A stretch of 64,000 nucleotides of DNA, taken from NCBI GenBank assembly GCA_963822655.1, contig CAWGIJ010000008.1:9337-73336 (forward strand), written 5' to 3'. The position numbers and the translations under genes were made by a program. The notes under the pieces were generated by a model that was not told where the DNA came from, searched no databases, and saw only the letters and a list, made by a program, of their open reading frames with translations. Source of the stretch: an uncultured Actinomycetota bacterium. Its GTDB lineage: Bacteria > Actinomycetota > Actinomycetes > Mycobacteriales > Mycobacteriaceae. Position 1 is the stretch's first letter. Each line of letters starts with the position of its first letter. This document shows positions 62,826-64,000 of the stretch, piece after piece.

Positions 62826-63546
62826 TGCGGGCCTCCCCCTGGAGCTGCTTACCCAACGCCCGAATCTCGGCGCGCAACTCCTCGACGTGGGCGACCGTCA
62901 CCGCCTGGATGGCAGTCTCTTCTTCGGCGACGCGCTCAATGATCCACGATGCGAGGGCGGCGGTGACGACACCGACCAGGCTGATGCCGCCGATCATCAG
63001 TAGCACAGCAATCACCCGACCGGTGTTGGTAATCGGATAGACGTCGCCGTAACCCACGGTCGTTACCGTGGTGATCGACCACCACAGTGCCTTGCCAAAC
63101 GAGTTGATGGTGGCGCCGTGCAGGTCTCGTTCTTTGTCGAAAACGGCGAGCGATCCCGTGTAGATCAACAGCAGCACACCGGAGACGGTGTACACGACGA
63201 TCTTCCCTCGAAACGCGTCGCCGATTGCCTTCTGCAGCAACTCGATCAGAATGAGCAGCCGCACCAGTCGAAGCGGCCGCAGCAGTGGCAGCGTCACGAT
63301 CGCGAAATCGATCAGGTGCCGCACGAACCAGTGCCAGCGGTGCGGCGCGAGGTACAGCCGCGCAACGTAATCCAGCATGAACACGCCCCAGATGAACCAG
63401 TCGATCATCCAGAACACGTGCGCTTCGTGCGCGGGGCGCGGGGCAAGCACCTGTACCGAGAACAGCACCAGAAACGCGACGGCGGCTGCGGCGAGTGGCC
63501 ACTCGGTATATCGCTCGAACCGCTGCAGGTTAGCTTCGCTACGCAT
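62809..63546 (-). CDS. Voltage-gated-type potassium channel
   Basis: ATG 63546. S4-like LRPLRLVRLLILIELL and selectivity filter TTVGYGD. The 3' end overlaps the hydrolase start by 17 nt. Confidence 0.85.
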   Translation of the reverse strand: MRSEANLQRFERYTEWPLAAAAVAFLVLFSVQVLAPRPAHEAHVFWMIDWFIWGVFMLDYVARLYLAPHRWHWFVRHLIDFAIVTLPLLRPLRLVRLLILIELLQKAIGDAFRGKIVVYTVSGVLLLIYTGSLAVFDKERDLHGATINSFGKALWWSITTVTTVGYGDVYPITNTGRVIAVLLMIGGISLVGVVTAALASWIIERVAEEETAIQAVTVAHVEELRAEIRALGKQLQGEARSDHHA

Positions 63547-63596
63547 CCCGCCAGTCTCGCGGTCGCGCTGGGCTTTTGTCCGGGAGATGTGGAAAA

Positions 63597-64000
63597 TCAG
63601 CGGGTGATCTTGTCGAGCGGGTTGGACCGCTCCAGCATGCCGAAGGCTTCTTCGCCGTCCCAGCGATAGCGCACGCCGGCCTGCTGTAACGCCGGAAAGC
63701 TCGGCATCTCCTGCTTGAGCGCCTGGCTCGAGAACATCTTGTCGTCGTGGTAGACGTCGTGGGTGGACAGGACCGTGGTGCCCTCGATATGCACTGTCCC
63801 GCTGGGCGTTTCCAGGGTCAGCGCGACATCCTCGCCGTTCGGCTTCAGCGCGGTCAGCCATGGCGCCTCGACGACACGGGCCGGAATCAAGCCGTCGCCG
63901 TCAAAGATGTAGCCCTCGTTAAAGGTCGGCTCGCCATCGGGCCGGGGCGGGTAGGCGATGTAGCCGAAGGCGCGGCCGCTGGGGAACAGCGCCGATTGCC
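63597..64000 (-). CDS. Hypothetical protein, 5' end outside window
   Basis: The open frame continues to the window edge (...FGYIAYPPRPDGEPTFNEGYIFDGDGLIPARVVEAPWLTALKPNGEDVALTLETPSGTVHIEGTTV...). No family recognised. Confidence 0.5.
   Translation of the reverse strand, partial: QSALFPSGRAFGYIAYPPRPDGEPTFNEGYIFDGDGLIPARVVEAPWLTALKPNGEDVALTLETPSGTVHIEGTTVLSTHDVYHDDKMFSSQALKQEMPSFPALQQAGVRYRWDGEEAFGMLERSNPLDKITR

Noticed and set aside
63547-63861. 105-codon upstream extension of the K+ channel ORF
   Set aside because: The extension is Arg/Gly/Pro-rich and lacks channel features. The ATG at 63546 gives the expected MRSEANLQRFERYTEWPL cytoplasmic N-terminus followed by S1.
1-64000. CRISPR arrays, rRNA, tRNA, transposases, integrases
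   Set aside because: I found no regularly spaced short repeats, no cloverleaf-compatible sequence with a GGTTCGAATCC-type T-arm, and no DDE, tyrosine- or serine-recombinase-like ORF. A GGTTCG near 37745 has no matching acceptor or anticodon arms. The AT-richer islands therefore cannot be called mobile elements from sequence alone.
1-64000. Explaining all frameshifts as long-read assembly errors
   Set aside because: Considered seriously. The lesions are concentrated in particular genes while 2.2-2.4-kb neighbours are clean. The one junction I inspected base by base (glyoxalase, near 660) is not in a homopolymer. The lipase also has an in-frame TAG. This is not fully excluded without the reads, so it is listed as the refutation test for the decay finding.

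Overview
High-GC actinobacterial chromosome segment. The gene content points to a Mycobacterium: multi-paralog SAM-dependent O-methyltransferases, an LpqC-type lipoprotein esterase, ESX/type VII-associated small proteins, DUF3761 and CDGP-motif secreted proteins, F420-type oxidoreductases, and a recC-recB-recD block. I can follow about 65 protein-coding loci. I see no rRNA, tRNA, CRISPR array, transposase or integrase. The dominant signal is gene-selective decay. About 25 loci can only be read by hopping between frames, including recC, recB, recD, murQ, a NagK-like kinase, patatin, a LIP lipase, LpqC, SDR, NYN-LOTUS, DUF998, a nitroreductase, GH92 and a PLD-helicase-DUF3427 gene. Immediate neighbours, including ORFs of 2.2-2.4 kb, are untouched. 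Accessory content falls into five groups. (1) An AT-richer orphan 454-aa ORF with a PD-(D/E)xK-like motif at 6796-8160. (2) An ESX/WXG-type polymorphic toxin locus at 21971-25484 in which the toxin is dead but a tandem pair of putative immunity genes and other immunity-like genes remain. (3) An intact ParD-like/zeta toxin-antitoxin pair with a tandem palindromic operator at 25557-26606. (4) An AT-richer island directly downstream of recD at 37.7-44.6 kb, carrying decayed secreted/lipoprotein genes and a decayed PLD-nuclease/SF2-helicase/DUF3427 gene. (5) An intact Xre-RES toxin-antitoxin pair at 54504-55626. Core intact genes include galT-galK, a DEAD-box helicase, a GAF-PP2C phosphatase, a FUSC exporter, a K+ channel, and an MprF-like flippase/kinase-like membrane protein. 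All functional calls rest on motifs and family recognition by eye. No database search was run.
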